64,000 bases of DNA from an uncultured Actinomycetota bacterium. Its GTDB lineage: Bacteria; Actinomycetota; Actinomycetes; Mycobacteriales; CADCTP01. Below, piece after piece: positions 1 through 13,026 of this stretch. The first letter of the stretch is position 1; every line of letters begins with the position of its first letter. The notes beneath the pieces are model-generated. The model saw only the letters and a program-made list of their open reading frames with translations. It did no database searches and was not told the DNA's origin. The DNA is taken from the NCBI GenBank assembly GCA_963714145.1, contig OY970235.1, positions 6,737,722 through 6,801,721 on the forward strand, read 5' to 3'. A program made the position numbers and the translations under genes.

Positions 1-1
1 G

Positions 2-259
2 GTGTACGCCGGGGTGATGGTGCTGGCCAGCGCGGCGATGGCGGCCCGGATCGCGGCCACCATCCCGGACATCGAGATCCCGGCCGATCTGGTCGAGCGG
101 GTCGCCGCCGACCGGATGGCCGGGGTGGACGCGGCCTGCGCGCAGATCCTCGCGCTGCGCGACACCGGCGCCTTCGACGGCGTGCACCTGGTCCCGGTCG
201 CCCGCTACCGCGAGGTCGCCGCCCAACTGGAATCGGCCAGCCGCAACCCGACCAGCTGA
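2..259 (+). CDS. C-terminal fragment of a methylenetetrahydrofolate reductase-like protein (5' end outside window)
   Basis: ORF open to the window edge. The tail ...FDGVHLVPVARYREVAAQLE resembles actinobacterial MetF-like proteins; recognised from memory only. Confidence 0.35.
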   Translation: MYAGVMVLASAAMAARIAATIPDIEIPADLVERVAADRMAGVDAACAQILALRDTGAFDGVHLVPVARYREVAAQLESASRNPTS

Positions 260-282
260 CCGCCCGGCCGGCGGCGGTCCGG

Positions 283-1875
283 TCAGTAGGTGAAAGTACT
301 GACCAGCCGGCGCATCTCGGCGGCCAGGCCGGCCAGGTCACGCGCCGCTTCCTCGGTCTTCGCGACACCGTCGGTGGTCTTCGCGGCGGCCTCGCTCGCC
401 GCGCTGACCCCGTCGGCGATCTCGGCCGAGCCGGTGGCCGCCCGCGCGACCCCGCGGCGCATCTCGGCGGTGGTCGCGGTCTGCTCCTCGACCGCGGTCG
501 CGATCGTGGTCTGGGTGTCGCTGATCTCGGCGACGATCTCGCTGATCTGACCGATCGCGCTGACCGCTGCCGCCGACTCCGTCTGGATCGCCTCGATCCG
601 CTGGGTGATCGCCCCGGTGGCCCGGGCGGTCTCCTGGGCCAGATCCTTGACCTCGCTGGCGACCACCGCGAAGCCCTTGCCGGCGGCGCCGGCCCGGGCT
701 GCCTCGATGGTCGCGTTCAGGGCGAGCAGGTTGGTCTGCTCGGCGATCGAGCTGATCATGCGCACCACGTCGCCGATCTCGCCGGACGAGGCGCTGAGCC
801 GCGCCACGGTCGCGTGGGTGTCGGCGGCGACCCGGACGGCCGTCGCGGCCACGGTCGCCGCGTGGCCCGCGTTGCGGGCGATCCCGTCGATCGCGGCGCC
901 CATCTCCTCGGCACCGGCGGCTACCGTGGCGACGTCGTCGGAAACCTGGGCCGCCGTACCGGACACCGCCTGGTTCTGCCGGGCGGCGTCCTGCGCGGTG
1001 CCGCCCATCTCGTTGCTGATGTCCAGCAGCCGCTCCGCCGAGGAACCGAGTGTCTCGGCGGTGACCCCGATACCGCCGATGCTGCGGCGCAGGTCGTGCA
1101 GGAACTCCCGCAGACCCAGGCCCATCCGGCCGATCTCGTCCTGGCCGGTGACGGTGATCTCCTGGGTCAGGTCGCCGCGACCGGCCGCCTCGACGACGGC
1201 GAGGATCTGGCCGGTCTGATTGACGGTCCGGTTGACCGCCCGCCGGATCAGCAGGCCCACCGCCCCGATGCAGAACCCGGTCAGCACGATCAGGATGGCC
1301 ATCAGCCGGCGCGAATCGGCACCCGACTTGTTGGCCAGCGCGGTGTAGCTGTCCCCGAAGTCGCCGATCGCGGCGGTCAACTCGTCGAACCGCTTGTCGA
1401 ACGCCTCCTGCGCCGCCACCACCGCGGCGAGGTCCTTCGTGCCCACCGCCGCCCCGCCCGACGACACCGCCTCGACCGCCTTGCCGGCCTGGATGTACGC
1501 GGCCAGCACGGGCGCGATGTTGGCGAACGCCTGCGTCACCGCCGGCCCGGCACCGAGACCGGCCAGCAGCCGCTGGTTCTCGGCGGTCGCCTCGGTCAGC
1601 GTGAGCAGCCGCTCGTCAAGATCCGCGGTGGCCGCCTTCCGTTCCTCTGCACTGTCCGAAGTGGACAGCAGCAGGGTGTCATAGGCGATGGCGTGGTTGG
1701 CGCCGTCGGTCTCGCCCTGGTTGTAGAGCGCCTGATTGATCACGTTCATGTCCAACACCGTCTGTTGCTGACCGGCGATCGCGTTCCAGCCGATCGCGCC
1801 CACCCCGGCCGAGACGAGCACCGCGAACACGGTGAGCGCCAAGATCTTGGCGCTGATCGACCCGAGCAGTTTCAT
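283..1875 (-). CDS. methyl-accepting chemotaxis protein
   Basis: 530 aa. N-terminal TM helix, second TM followed by a HAMP-like segment. C-terminal MCP signalling hairpin: [35 protein letters not shown]. Confidence 0.9.
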   Translation of the reverse strand: MKLLGSISAKILALTVFAVLVSAGVGAIGWNAIAGQQQTVLDMNVINQALYNQGETDGANHAIAYDTLLLSTSDSAEERKAATADLDERLLTLTEATAENQRLLAGLGAGPAVTQAFANIAPVLAAYIQAGKAVEAVSSGGAAVGTKDLAAVVAAQEAFDKRFDELTAAIGDFGDSYTALANKSGADSRRLMAILIVLTGFCIGAVGLLIRRAVNRTVNQTGQILAVVEAAGRGDLTQEITVTGQDEIGRMGLGLREFLHDLRRSIGGIGVTAETLGSSAERLLDISNEMGGTAQDAARQNQAVSGTAAQVSDDVATVAAGAEEMGAAIDGIARNAGHAATVAATAVRVAADTHATVARLSASSGEIGDVVRMISSIAEQTNLLALNATIEAARAGAAGKGFAVVASEVKDLAQETARATGAITQRIEAIQTESAAAVSAIGQISEIVAEISDTQTTIATAVEEQTATTAEMRRGVARAATGSAEIADGVSAASEAAAKTTDGVAKTEEAARDLAGLAAEMRRLVSTFTY

Positions 1876-2046
1876 CCGTGGCTCCGTTCTGGTGTCCCGC
1901 GGTCGCCCAGCAGGTCGATTCGGCGACCCGGCTCGGCAACTGAGGACAATGTGGACTCGTCCGGTCCGCCGCTACGCATTACTGCGTACCGCGCTTACCG
2001 CCGGGAGCGGACGAGCGGCGCCGCCCGAGCGCCTAATCTCGACGGC

Positions 2047-3252
2047 ATGGACCTGCCGACGCGGATCAGCCGAGCCGCGGTGGCCGACGCGCTACTGGCG
2101 CTGGCCACCGCGGTCGTGATCCTGTTCGGCACCCCGCATGCCGCCGAACTGCAGGTGCCGGAGCGGGTAGCCGTGGACCGGGTCGGCTACCTGTTGCTGG
2201 CCATCGCGGTGGCCGGTCTGCTGCCCCGCCGGCGGGCCCCGCTGGTCGCGCTCGGGATCACCGCCGGCGCCACCTCGGTCTACCTCGCGATCGGCTACCC
2301 GTACGGGCCGGTGCTCTTCACGGTCGGGCTGGCCACGTACGCGGTGGCCAGCCGGCTGCCGTTGCTGCGCTCGCTGGCGGCCTGCCTGGCCGCGCTGGCC
2401 GTCGCGCTGCCGGTGGTGATCTACTCCGGGTTGAGCCGGCCGACCCCGCACGCAACCGGTTGGCTGGTGGCCTGGTCGGGTTGGCTGCTGGTGCCCTGGA
2501 CGGCTGGCACCGTGGTCCGGCTGCGCCGGGACGCGGTCGCCCGGGCCAGGGCCGACGACCTGCGCCGGGCCGCGTACGAGGAACGGCTGCGGGTGGCCCG
2601 GGAGGTGCACGACGTGGTTGGGCACGGACTGGCGGTGATCAACATGCAGGCCGGCATCGCCCTGCACGTGCTGGACCGGCGCCCGGAGCAGGCCCGGGTC
2701 GCGCTGGCCGCGGTCAAGCAGACCAGCAAGGACGCCCTGGCCGAGCTCCGCGCCGCGCTCGCCGTCTTCCGCGAACCGGCGGACGGCCCGGACCGACCCG
2801 GTCCGGTCGGCGGCGGGGCCGGCCGGCCGGGCGGCGGGCTGGACGGCGCTGTCCAGGCACGGCAGCCGGTCCCCGGCCTCGGTCAGCTCGACACCCTGCT
2901 CGGTGCCATGCGGGACGCCGGCCTGCCGGTGGAGCTGACCCGTACCGGCGAGCCGGCCGACCTGCCCGCGGTGGTCGACCACGCCGCCTACCGGATCGTG
3001 CAGGAATCGCTGACCAACGTGCTGCGGCACGCGGTACCGGCCCGGGCCAGGGTCTGGCTTGGCTACCAGCCGGCCGAGCTGACCGTGCGGGTGACCGATG
3101 ACGGCGCGCCGGTCGCGGCCGTCCAGCCGGGGCACGGCATCGCCGGGATGCGCGAGCGCGCGGTCGCGGTCGGCGGCACGCTCGCGGCCGGCCCGCTGCC
3201 CGGCCGCGGCTTCCAGGTCAGCGCCCAGCTACCGGTCGGGGACGACGCGTGA
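2047..3252 (+). CDS. sensor histidine kinase, NarL/DesK-type (HisKA_3 + HATPase)
   Basis: In-frame ATG at 2047 (MDLPTRISRAAV...), followed by several TM helices. H-box REVHDVVGHGL; ATPase motifs GHGIAGMRERA and GG..AAGP. The upstream part of track ORF 814-3252 is antisense to the MCP gene and low complexity. Confidence 0.85.
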   Translation: MDLPTRISRAAVADALLALATAVVILFGTPHAAELQVPERVAVDRVGYLLLAIAVAGLLPRRRAPLVALGITAGATSVYLAIGYPYGPVLFTVGLATYAVASRLPLLRSLAACLAALAVALPVVIYSGLSRPTPHATGWLVAWSGWLLVPWTAGTVVRLRRDAVARARADDLRRAAYEERLRVAREVHDVVGHGLAVINMQAGIALHVLDRRPEQARVALAAVKQTSKDALAELRAALAVFREPADGPDRPGPVGGGAGRPGGGLDGAVQARQPVPGLGQLDTLLGAMRDAGLPVELTRTGEPADLPAVVDHAAYRIVQESLTNVLRHAVPARARVWLGYQPAELTVRVTDDGAPVAAVQPGHGIAGMRERAVAVGGTLAAGPLPGRGFQVSAQLPVGDDA

Positions 3253-3899
3253 TCCGGGTGGTCGTGGCCGACGACCAGGCGCTGGTCCGGGTCGGGCTGA
3301 AGGTGCTCCTGGATACCGAGGACGACCTGGAACTGGTCGGCGAGGCGGAGAACGGGCAGGTCGCGGTCGAGGTGGTCCGGCGCACCCGGCCGGACGTGGT
3401 GCTGATGGACGTCCGGATGCCGGTGCTGGACGGGATCGGGGCGCTCCGCCAGATCGTCGCCGACCCGGCGCTGGCGCACACCCGGGTCGTCGTGCTGACC
3501 ACGTTCGAGCTGGACGAGTACGTGTTCGAGGCGCTGCGCGGCGGCGCCAGCGGCTTCCTGATCAAGGACACCGAGCCGGCCGAACTGCTCCGCGCGGTCC
3601 GGGTGGTGGCCGCCGGCGAGTCGCTGCTGTCGCCGTCGGTGACCCGCCGGGTGATCGGCGAGCTGGCCGCCCGCGCGTCCCGGACGACCACCCCGCACCC
3701 GGAGCTGGGCCGGCTCACCGACCGGGAACGGGAGATCGTCGGCCTCGTCGCGGCCGGTCTGTCCAATGAGGACATTGCCCGGCAACTCGTGCTCAGCCCG
3801 GCCACCGTCCGCACCCACGTCAGCCGGGCGATGGTCAAGCTGCACGCTCGCGACCGGGCCCAGCTCGTCGTCTTCGCGGTCCAGTCCGGCCTGTCCTGA
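3249..3899 (+). CDS. LuxR/NarL-family response regulator
   Basis: GTGA overlap with the kinase stop. REC domain (VVVADDQALVR...DVVLMDVRMP). C-terminal LuxR HTH (LTDREREIVGLVAAGLSNEDIARQLVLSPATVRTHV). Confidence 0.92.
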   Translation: MIRVVVADDQALVRVGLKVLLDTEDDLELVGEAENGQVAVEVVRRTRPDVVLMDVRMPVLDGIGALRQIVADPALAHTRVVVLTTFELDEYVFEALRGGASGFLIKDTEPAELLRAVRVVAAGESLLSPSVTRRVIGELAARASRTTTPHPELGRLTDREREIVGLVAAGLSNEDIARQLVLSPATVRTHVSRAMVKLHARDRAQLVVFAVQSGLS

Positions 3900-4349
3900 T
3901 CGACCGTCCGGACCGTCCGAGCTGACCGAACCTGACCGGACCCGTCCGGATCGGATCGTGCGGACGGGACGGATCGGACGGACCGGACCCGCGGCTCCAG
4001 CCCGGAACCGGACGAGCCGGTCCGGTTCGCCGCCGACCCGGGTCCGCTGCCGGCCCGGCGCGGTCGATCGAGGGCAAGACGGACGACACCCGGCTAGCCG
4101 GCGGGCAGCCGAACGCGCCGGACCTCGTCCCGTCCTACCGTGGCAGCACACCCCGGCTCGGGGTGTCCTGGACCGGCGCCCCGGCTCGGTCCACCTGGGT
4201 TTCCGCGCCGGTACGGCGGTCGACGTGTTCGGCCCGCCGTTTGCTGGCGGCCCCGGTCGCGCAGACATCCGGGGCCAGCCGGCACCGCGTCGCGCCGGAA
4301 CCCAACAGCACCACCGGCAGGAGGCTGATCATGGCAGTGAGCCACGTCC

Positions 4350-4847
4350 TTGCGAACCCGTGACCCCATGGCCGACCCGTCGCCGGCCGGCGGCCGGGTA
4401 CCGATCCCGGACCCGACGCTGCTCACCACGGAGGCGCTGCAACGGGAGATCGCGCACCTCCGCGAGCTGCTGACCGCCCAGATCGACGACGTGCGGCGGC
4501 AGATCAACGAGGCCGACCTGCGGTACCAGCAGCGGTACGAGGCGCAGACGAAGGCGCTGGACGCCGCTCGGGTGGCCGCGGACACGGCCATGCAGGCGGC
4601 CCTGGCGGCGGCGGAGAAGGCGGTCTCGAAGGCCGAGGCCGCCGCCGAGAAGCGGTTCGACGCCGTGTCCGCGCGGGTCGACGACCTGAAGGAGGACTCG
4701 GCACACACGTTTGCCGGCATCCAGGTCCAGCTGGCCGGGTCGGTCGGCCGCGGGGCGGGGCTGAGCGCCGGCTGGGGGTACCTGGTCGCCGGGGTCGGGC
4801 TGGTCGCCGCCATAGTCGCGATCGTGCTGGCGGTGCTGCCACAGTGA
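4350..4847 (+). CDS. hypothetical coiled-coil protein with C-terminal TM anchor
   Basis: 165 aa ORF with an Ala/Glu-rich helical middle and the hydrophobic tail GWGYLVAGVGLVAAIVAIVLAVL. An alternative ATG start lies at 4368. Confidence 0.5.
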   Translation: MRTRDPMADPSPAGGRVPIPDPTLLTTEALQREIAHLRELLTAQIDDVRRQINEADLRYQQRYEAQTKALDAARVAADTAMQAALAAAEKAVSKAEAAAEKRFDAVSARVDDLKEDSAHTFAGIQVQLAGSVGRGAGLSAGWGYLVAGVGLVAAIVAIVLAVLPQ

Positions 4848-4924
4848 CCCAGCGCGTACCAACCCCGGCGCCGAGCTCCCGCGGCCCGGGACCGTCCAGA
4901 TCGGACTGAGTCCGATGTGGACGG

Positions 4925-6043
4925 TCAGCCGGGCGGCTCGGCCGCGACCGCTTCGGCGATCTCGACGGTGTTCAGCGCGGCGCCCTTGCGCAGGTTGTCG
5001 CCGACCAGGAACAGCTCGAGCGTGTTCGGAAAGTCCAGTGCCTGCCGGATCCGGCCGACGTAGGTGGCGTCCGTGCCGACAGCGTCCGCCGGGGTGGGGA
5101 AGATGCCTGCCGCGGCGTCGTCCAGCACGACCACGCTGGGCACCGCCGCCAGCGCGGCCCGGGCCGCCTCGACGCTGACCGGACGATCGAACGTCGCGTG
5201 CACGGCGACCGAGTGCGTGGTGACCACCGGCACCCGGACGCAGGTCGCCGACACCGCCAGGCCGGGGATGCCGAGGATCTTCCGCGATTCGTTGCGGATC
5301 TTCAGCTCCTCCGAGGACCAGCCGGCGTCGCGCGCCGAGCCGGCCCAGGGCACCACGTTCAGCGCCAGCGGCGCCGGGAACGGCGACTCGTCCGGCAGCC
5401 CGGCCGAGGCCAGCGCCTTGCGCACATCGCCGGCCACCTGGCCGACGGAGGAGTCGCCACCGACCGCGGCCAGCTCCGCGTACAGCCGGTCGACGCCGGC
5501 CTGACCGGCCCCGGAAGCGGCCTGGTACGACGCCGCCACCAGCGCGGTCAGCCCGAAGCCGCGGTGCAGCGCGCCGAGCGCGACCACCATGGCCAGGGTC
5601 GTGCAGTTCGGGTTGGCGATGATGCCGCGCGGCCGGTTCCGGATCGCGTCCGGGTTCACCTCGGGTACCACCAGCGGCACGTCCGGGTCCATCCGGAATG
5701 CGCCGGAGTTGTCCACCACCACCGCGCCGCGGGCGGCCGCGATCGGCGCCCACTGCGCCGAGACCTCGTCCGGGACGTCGAACATGGCGACGTCCACGCC
5801 GTCGAACACGTCCGCGGCGAGTGCCTGTACCGGGACCTCGACGCCGCGTACCGGCAGCAACCGACCGGCCGAGCGCGGCGAGGCGATCAGCCGCACCTCA
5901 CCCCACGGGTCCGGCCGGACCGCGGCCCGCTCGGTCAGGATGGACAGCAGCACGCTGCCGACCGCGCCGGTGGCGCCCACCACCGCGAGGGTCGGCCGGC
6001 GGGCCGCCGCCTGCCCCGCGGCCCCCGGCCGCGGCCCGGTCAC
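4925..6043 (-). CDS. asd: aspartate-semialdehyde dehydrogenase
   Basis: [17 protein letters not shown]-binding motif, IIANPNCTT active-site region, full-length family similarity. Proposed GTG start makes a GTGA overlap with the ask stop. The track ORF extends further 5' inside ask and that part is rejected. Confidence 0.9.
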   Translation of the reverse strand: MTGPRPGAAGQAAARRPTLAVVGATGAVGSVLLSILTERAAVRPDPWGEVRLIASPRSAGRLLPVRGVEVPVQALAADVFDGVDVAMFDVPDEVSAQWAPIAAARGAVVVDNSGAFRMDPDVPLVVPEVNPDAIRNRPRGIIANPNCTTLAMVVALGALHRGFGLTALVAASYQAASGAGQAGVDRLYAELAAVGGDSSVGQVAGDVRKALASAGLPDESPFPAPLALNVVPWAGSARDAGWSSEELKIRNESRKILGIPGLAVSATCVRVPVVTTHSVAVHATFDRPVSVEAARAALAAVPSVVVLDDAAAGIFPTPADAVGTDATYVGRIRQALDFPNTLELFLVGDNLRKGAALNTVEIAEAVAAEPPG

Positions 6044-6558
6044 CGCCCGGTCCCGGCGTAGACGGTGGCCTCCACGTCGCCGCCGAGGTCGAACGCGTCG
6101 TGCACAGCGTTCACCGCCGACCGCACGTCCGAGTCGCGGCAGACGATCGAGATCCGGATCTCCGACGTGGAGATGATCTCGACGTTCACCCCCGCGTCGG
6201 CCAGCGCGCCGAAGAACTTCGCCGATACCCCGGGGTGCGAGCGCATCCCGGCACCGATCAGCGAAACCTTGCCGATGTGGTCGTCGTACAGCAGCGAGTC
6301 GAAGCCGACCGAGCCCTGCACCTTCTGCAGCGCGGCCATCGCGGTCGGACCGTCGGTCTTCGGCAGCGTGAACGAGATGTCGGTGCGCGAGGTGGCCGCC
6401 GCCGACACGTTCTGCACGATCATGTCGATGTTGATCTCGGCGTCGGCCAGGCAGCGGAAGATCGCCGCGGCCTCGCCCGGCTTGTCCGGCACGCCGACCA
6501 CCGTGACCTTGGCCTCGCTGCGGTCGTGCGCGACACCGGTGATGATGGCCTGTTCCAC
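6040..6558 (-). CDS. possible in-frame aspartokinase beta subunit (internal start)
   Basis: Internal GTG at 6558 (V250, [20 protein letters not shown]) is preceded by GAGGA about 7 nt upstream. Corynebacterial and mycobacterial lysC encode a nested beta subunit at this position. This is inference. Confidence 0.4.
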   Translation of the reverse strand: MEQAIITGVAHDRSEAKVTVVGVPDKPGEAAAIFRCLADAEINIDMIVQNVSAAATSRTDISFTLPKTDGPTAMAALQKVQGSVGFDSLLYDDHIGKVSLIGAGMRSHPGVSAKFFGALADAGVNVEIISTSEIRISIVCRDSDVRSAVNAVHDAFDLGGDVEATVYAGTGR

Positions 6559-7305
6559 GGGCAGATCCTCCGTCGAGCCGATGACCAGCGTGCCGTCCTG
6601 CTGGGTGAAGGACGAGCGGACGTGCACCGGGATGCCGTACCGCCGGGCGTACTCCACGCAGCGCAGCATCAGCACCTTCGCGCCGCATGCCGCCATTTCC
6701 AGCATTTCCTCGTAGGTGATCCGGTCCAGCCGGCGGGCCCGGGGCACTATCCGCGGGTCGGCGGTGTAGACCCCGGCCACGTCGGTGTAGATCTCGCAGA
6801 CGTCCGCGCCGAGCGCGGCGCCCAGGGCCACCGCGGTGGTGTCCGAACCGCCCCGGCCCAGCGTAGTTATGTCCTTTGTGGACTGTGAGACGCCCTGGAA
6901 ACCGGCCACGATGGCGATCGCGCCGCCGTCCAGCGCGGCGCGGATGCGGCCGGGCGTGATGTCGATGATCCGGGCCTTGCCATGCGTGCTGTCGGTGATC
7001 ACACCGGCCTGCGAGCCGGTGAACGAACGCGCCTCGAAGCCGAGCGTCGAGATCGCCATCGCCAGCAGCGCCATCGAGATCCGCTCGCCGGCGGTGAGCA
7101 GCATGTCCAACTCGCGCCCGGACGGCAGCGGCGAGACGTGTTTGGCCAGGTCCAGCAGTTCGTCGGTGGTGTCTCCCATGGCCGATACCACGACGACCAC
7201 CTCGTGCCCCAGACGCCGGGTAGCGACGATGCGCTCGGCCACCCGCTTGATCCGCTCTGCGTCCGCGACCGACGAGCCGCCGTACTTCTGTACGACGAGC
7301 CCCAC
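6040..7305 (-). CDS. lysC: aspartokinase (alpha subunit reading frame)
   Basis: 421 aa. [44 protein letters not shown], and two C-terminal ACT domains. Classical ask-asd operon order. Confidence 0.95.
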   Translation of the reverse strand: MGLVVQKYGGSSVADAERIKRVAERIVATRRLGHEVVVVVSAMGDTTDELLDLAKHVSPLPSGRELDMLLTAGERISMALLAMAISTLGFEARSFTGSQAGVITDSTHGKARIIDITPGRIRAALDGGAIAIVAGFQGVSQSTKDITTLGRGGSDTTAVALGAALGADVCEIYTDVAGVYTADPRIVPRARRLDRITYEEMLEMAACGAKVLMLRCVEYARRYGIPVHVRSSFTQQDGTLVIGSTEDLPVEQAIITGVAHDRSEAKVTVVGVPDKPGEAAAIFRCLADAEINIDMIVQNVSAAATSRTDISFTLPKTDGPTAMAALQKVQGSVGFDSLLYDDHIGKVSLIGAGMRSHPGVSAKFFGALADAGVNVEIISTSEIRISIVCRDSDVRSAVNAVHDAFDLGGDVEATVYAGTGR

Positions 7306-7590
7306 CCGGACCCTCCTCGTTCGTCCTGACCAGATGCCGTCGCCAGCCTACCGGCCGGGTCGGAACCGCCCGACTCGTTAAGCCGGCCGGAGTCGGGCCG
7401 GAACCTGGGGGCGGGCGGCAACATCGCAGGGTCCGACGACGTCATTCCACCGACCAGCGGACCCGGCACCGAGCCCGAACGGCGGTGTCGCGGCAGGAGG
7501 ATAGGTTGTGCCGATGACCGTGCCGCCCGGCGGCCTCCTCCGCTACTGGTCGCTGGGGCTCGCTGCGATGCTCACTCCGGAGGCCACCTC

Positions 7591-8574
7591 ATGACTGAGC
7601 CGGACGTTCTCGGCAGTGAGCCGGCGGCCGACGCGCCGCCACCCGGGGCAGCGCAACCGGGGGTGTGGGCCAGAGGGGTGCGCCGGTCGTTCGGCCCGGT
7701 GCACGCCGTGCAGGGCGTCGATCTGGACGCGCCACCCGGCCAGGTGACCGCGCTGGTCGGCCCGAACGGCTCCGGCAAGACGACGCTGCTGCTGGTGCTG
7801 GCCACGTTGCTGAGGCCGGACGCCGGCGACGTCCGGGTGGCCGGCTTCGACCCGATGACCCAGTCCGACCAGGTGCGGGCCCGGATGGGCTGGTCGCCGG
7901 ACGTCTTCGGGCTCTACGACAACCTCACCGCCCGGGAGTACCTGGAGGTGATGGCCGCCGCGTACCGGGTACCGGTGGCCGCCCGGACCGAACGCGCGGA
8001 CTACCTGCTGCAACTGGCCCGGCTGCCGGAGAAGGCGGACATGCCGGTACACAGCCTGTCCCGCGGGCAGAAACAGCGGCTCGGCCTGGTCCGCGCGCTG
8101 GTGCATGACCCGACCGTGCTGCTGCTGGACGAGCCCGCCTCCGGGTTGGACCCGCGCAGCCGGTCCGAACTGCGCGACCTGCTGCGACAACTGGCCGGCG
8201 AGGGCCGCACCGTGGTCGTTTCCAGCCACATCCTGTCCGACCTGGAGGAGGTCGCCGACCGGGTGGTGTTCGTGGACGCCGGGCGCACCGTCGGGCAGCA
8301 CGACATCGACGACCTGCCGGCCAGTCAGGCGGTCCGCACCTACCGGCTGCGCGCGCTGGACCTGCCCGGGATGCGGTCCGCGCTGGAACGCTCCGGCTGG
8401 CCGTGCTCCGACGCCGGCCAGGCCGGGCTGGACGTACAGGTCACCGGCGGCGAGCCGGAGGCGGCCCGGCTACTGGCCAGCCTGGTCACCGCCGGCGTCC
8501 CGGTCACCGCGTTCGCGCCCCTCGGCGGCGCGCTGGAAGCCACCTACCTCAACCTGATGGAGGGCCGGTCATGA
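7591..8574 (+). CDS. ABC transporter ATP-binding protein
   Basis: Walker A GPNGSGKTT, signature LSRGQKQRL, Walker B LLLLDEP, H-loop SSHIL. Confidence 0.92.
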   Translation: MTEPDVLGSEPAADAPPPGAAQPGVWARGVRRSFGPVHAVQGVDLDAPPGQVTALVGPNGSGKTTLLLVLATLLRPDAGDVRVAGFDPMTQSDQVRARMGWSPDVFGLYDNLTAREYLEVMAAAYRVPVAARTERADYLLQLARLPEKADMPVHSLSRGQKQRLGLVRALVHDPTVLLLDEPASGLDPRSRSELRDLLRQLAGEGRTVVVSSHILSDLEEVADRVVFVDAGRTVGQHDIDDLPASQAVRTYRLRALDLPGMRSALERSGWPCSDAGQAGLDVQVTGGEPEAARLLASLVTAGVPVTAFAPLGGALEATYLNLMEGRS

Positions 8575-9644
8575 GGACCGCGCTGGCTGGGGTGATGACC
8601 GTGGCCCGGCTGGAGTTCCGGCTGCGGATCAGGGCCGGGCGGTGGCGCTGGCTGGTGGCCGCCTGGTTCGTGCTGCTGCTGGCGATCACCGCGCTGGTCC
8701 GGGCGTCGCTGACCGAGCGGAACCTGTCCACCGAGCAGGTCGAGGCCCGCGGCGCGGTCATGTTCGGGGTTGTGATGATCATTGTGCTGGCGCTGGCGCT
8801 GCTGGTCAGCCCGGCGCTGGCGGCCCAGTCGGTGAACGGCGACCGGGAACGCGGCACGCTGGCCACCTTGCAGGTGACCCGGCTGCGTCCGGGCGAGATC
8901 GCGGTCGGCAAGCTGCTCGCGTCCTGGAGCACCGCGCTGGTGTTCCTCGGCGTCACGCTGCCGCTGGCGCTCTGGTGCTTCGCCGAGGGCGGTCTGTCGG
9001 TGCTGCGGGTGTTCGGCGTCTACCTGGTGACCGCGCTGCTGCTCGGGGTGATCTGTGCGCTGGCACTGGCCTTGTCCGCGCTGCTGGCCCGCAGCACCAC
9101 GTCCGGCGTGCTGGCCTACCTGACCGTGTTCGCCCTGTCGGTCGGCACGTTCATCGCGTTCGGCCTGGCCACCGTGCTCACCCAGGAACACGCCAAGGCC
9201 AGCACGGTCGGCTGCGCGTACGACGAGACCGGCAACGAGGTGCCCGGGTCGTGCGTGCCGCAGGAGTACGAGACCTCGGTGCCGCGGACCGACCGCACCT
9301 GGTGGCTGCTGGCCCCGAACCCGTTCGCGGTGCTGGCCGACTCGGCGCCGGCCGGCCCGACCCGCGAGGTCCGGGCGCCGGACGGCCGGTTGGTCCGGGA
9401 GGGGGTCTCGCTCGACCCGCTCGGCGCGATGTCCCGCGCGCTGCACCAGATCCGGGTCAAGCCGACGATCCAGGACAGCGGCATGGGCACCTTCTACGAC
9501 GTCCCGGACGGCGTGGTCGGCAGCTCGGTCTGGCCGACCGGCCTGATCATCGACCTGCTGCTGGGCATCGGCGCGGTCTGGCTGACCGCCCGCCGGCTGC
9601 GCACCCCGACGTACAAGCTCGCCCGCGGCCAGCGGATCGCCTGA
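8571..9644 (+). CDS. ABC-2-type transporter permease-like membrane protein
   Basis: ATGA overlap with the ATPase stop (ATG 8571, MRTALAGVMTVARLEF...). About six hydrophobic helices with a large extracytoplasmic loop. Confidence 0.7.
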   Translation: MRTALAGVMTVARLEFRLRIRAGRWRWLVAAWFVLLLAITALVRASLTERNLSTEQVEARGAVMFGVVMIIVLALALLVSPALAAQSVNGDRERGTLATLQVTRLRPGEIAVGKLLASWSTALVFLGVTLPLALWCFAEGGLSVLRVFGVYLVTALLLGVICALALALSALLARSTTSGVLAYLTVFALSVGTFIAFGLATVLTQEHAKASTVGCAYDETGNEVPGSCVPQEYETSVPRTDRTWWLLAPNPFAVLADSAPAGPTREVRAPDGRLVREGVSLDPLGAMSRALHQIRVKPTIQDSGMGTFYDVPDGVVGSSVWPTGLIIDLLLGIGAVWLTARRLRTPTYKLARGQRIA

Positions 9645-9763
9645 GCCCGGCTCGCCTGATCCGGCTCGCCTGATCCGGGGGCCTGACCGGGGGCTGGCGT
9701 GGGTTTCCCGGCGGGGCGGTGCGTCAGGTTTGAAGCTAAGTGTTCGCTGGTAAGGTAACGGCG

Positions 9764-9808
9764 ATGTCACGTGGCCTCCTGCTTATGGGCCGCGGCGGGG
9801 GCCCGTAG
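9764..9808 (+). promoter_or_regulatory. candidate leuA leader peptide ORF (MSRGLLLMGRGGGP*) with three consecutive Leu codons
   Basis: ATG at 9764, codons CTC CTG CTT at positions 5-7, stop at 9806-9808. GC-rich self-complementary segments follow before the leuA start at 9916. Confidence 0.45.
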
Positions 9809-9885
9809 CGGGCTGGCTCCCCTGCCGCGGGTAATCGCGGTGCGCGCCGGCCCACGGTCCTGGACGACCTAACCGATCCAGTTGA

Positions 9886-11643
<1,758 letters not shown>

Positions 11644-11837
11644 CAGCCCGACTGAGCCTGAACGACCGGATTGAGGCCACTCACCGTCACCACGCCCTGC
11701 CGTCCGGCGGCCAGTCGGGCGAATCACCGAGCGTGAGCGGACACGTGCTCTCAGGCGCGCTAGGCTCCTCAGCGCTGGCGGATCTGGTCACCGAGCGCGA
11801 TGCGCATCCGCCGTCCTTAGTCGTGTTGCTTCCCTGG

Positions 11838-11873
11838 CGGGAGTGGGTGGTCAATGAAGACCACCCACTCCCG
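11838..11873. terminator. perfect 14-15 bp stem-loop between convergent leuA and recR
   Basis: cGGGAGTGGGTGGTC-aatgaa-GACCACCCACTCCCg, read directly. No T-tract, as is usual in high-GC actinobacteria. Confidence 0.55.
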
Positions 11874-11969
11874 CGGCCCAATTCTGGGGCCCTTATACCC
11901 GTCGTGACCGGGAACGCGTCGTGACCGGGAGCCCGCTGTGACCGGGACCGTCGTGACCGGGACGGGGCG

Positions 11970-12569
11970 TCACACGTCGAGCAGCCGGCGGCCGGAGAAG
12001 GCGCGACCCAGCGTGATCTCGTCCGCGTACTCCAGATCGCCGCCCACCGGCAGCCCGCTGGCCAGCCGGGTCACCCGCAGCCCCATCGGTTTGACCAGCC
12101 GGGCCAGGTAGGTCGCGGTGGCCTCGCCCTCCAGGTTCGGGTCGGTGGCCAGGATCAGCTCGGTGACCGTGCCGTCCTGCAGCCGCACCATCAGCTCGCG
12201 GACCCGCAGGTCGTCCGGCCCGACCCCCTCGATCGGACTGATCGCGCCGCCGAGCACGTGGTAGCGGCCGCGGAACTCGCGGGTGCGCTCGATCGCCACC
12301 ACGTCCTTCGGCTCCTCGACCACGCAGATCACCGCCTGGTCGCGCCGGGCGTCCAGGCAGATCCGGCACTGCTCGGCCTCGGCGACGTTCCCGCAGGTAC
12401 GGCAGAACCGCACCTCGTCCTTCACCCGCTGCAGCGCCGACTGCAGCCGGACGACATCCGCCGGCTCGGCGGCCAGCAGGTGGAAGGCGATCCGCTGCGC
12501 GCTCTTCGGCCCGACCCCGGGCAGCCGGCCGAGCTCGTCGATGAGGTCCTGTACGGGACCCTCGTACAT
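11970..12569 (-). CDS. recR: recombination protein RecR
   Basis: 199 aa. [17 protein letters not shown] HhH motif, zinc finger CRTCGN..C.IC, Toprim [14 protein letters not shown]. Confidence 0.95.
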   Translation of the reverse strand: MYEGPVQDLIDELGRLPGVGPKSAQRIAFHLLAAEPADVVRLQSALQRVKDEVRFCRTCGNVAEAEQCRICLDARRDQAVICVVEEPKDVVAIERTREFRGRYHVLGGAISPIEGVGPDDLRVRELMVRLQDGTVTELILATDPNLEGEATATYLARLVKPMGLRVTRLASGLPVGGDLEYADEITLGRAFSGRRLLDV

Positions 12570-12575
12570 GCGCCC

Positions 12576-12911
12576 CTACATTCCCGGCAGGCCCAGGCCG
12601 CCGAGACCACCGGTGACCGGGCCCATCTTCTCGTTGGCCAACTGTTGAGCCGCGCGGGCCGCGTCCCGCACCGCGGCGACCACCAGGTCCTGCAGGGTCT
12701 CCGCGTCCTCCGGGTCGATCACGCTCGGGTCGATCACCAGGTTCTGCAGCTCGCCGGACCCGTTGACGGTCGCGGTGACCAGGCCACCACCGGCCGTCCC
12801 GGTGACTTCGGCGCTGGCCAGTTCCTCCTGCGCGGCGAGCAGCTGCTGCTGCATCTTCTGCGCCTGCTTCATGAGCTGCTGCATGTTCGGGGGCTGGCCA
12901 CCGGGTCGCAC
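12576..12911 (-). CDS. ybaB: YbaB/EbfC nucleoid-associated protein
   Basis: Proposed GTG start at 12911 ([24 protein letters not shown]...) with AGGAG upstream. Conserved dnaX-ybaB-recR order. The track ORF extends 5' into a low-complexity region, which is rejected. Confidence 0.85.
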   Translation of the reverse strand: MRPGGQPPNMQQLMKQAQKMQQQLLAAQEELASAEVTGTAGGGLVTATVNGSGELQNLVIDPSVIDPEDAETLQDLVVAAVRDAARAAQQLANEKMGPVTGGLGGLGLPGM

Positions 12912-13026
12912 GGGAACTCCTGTTATCTGGTGGGCGGGACGGCTTGAGGGTATCCGCCGGCACCGACAACCTGCCGCGCACGGCTCCCCGGCGCGCCTTT
13001 CCGGCCGGCCTGGCACCCTATGGGAC

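Noticed and set aside
814-2046. The 5' 1.2 kb of the 812-aa track ORF 814-3252, plus many other very long ORFs: 2092-3135(-), 3063-4268(-), 4329-5753(-), 5698-6888(+), 8544-9770(-), 9736-11493(-), 14102-16153(+), 42431-44971(-), 42751-45009(+), 53394-55133(-), 54985-56256(-), 59831-61528(-), 60510-62009(-), 62052-63974(-).
   Set aside because: Their translations are low-complexity R/G/P/A/H-rich strings with no motifs. They run antisense or out of frame to genes with clear family signatures. Such open frames are expected by chance in DNA with more than 70% GC.
12912-13026. A riboswitch (e.g. ydaO / c-di-AMP type) upstream of the cell-wall amidase.
   Set aside because: The 115-nt leader shows none of the conserved ydaO motifs I can recall. 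No support.
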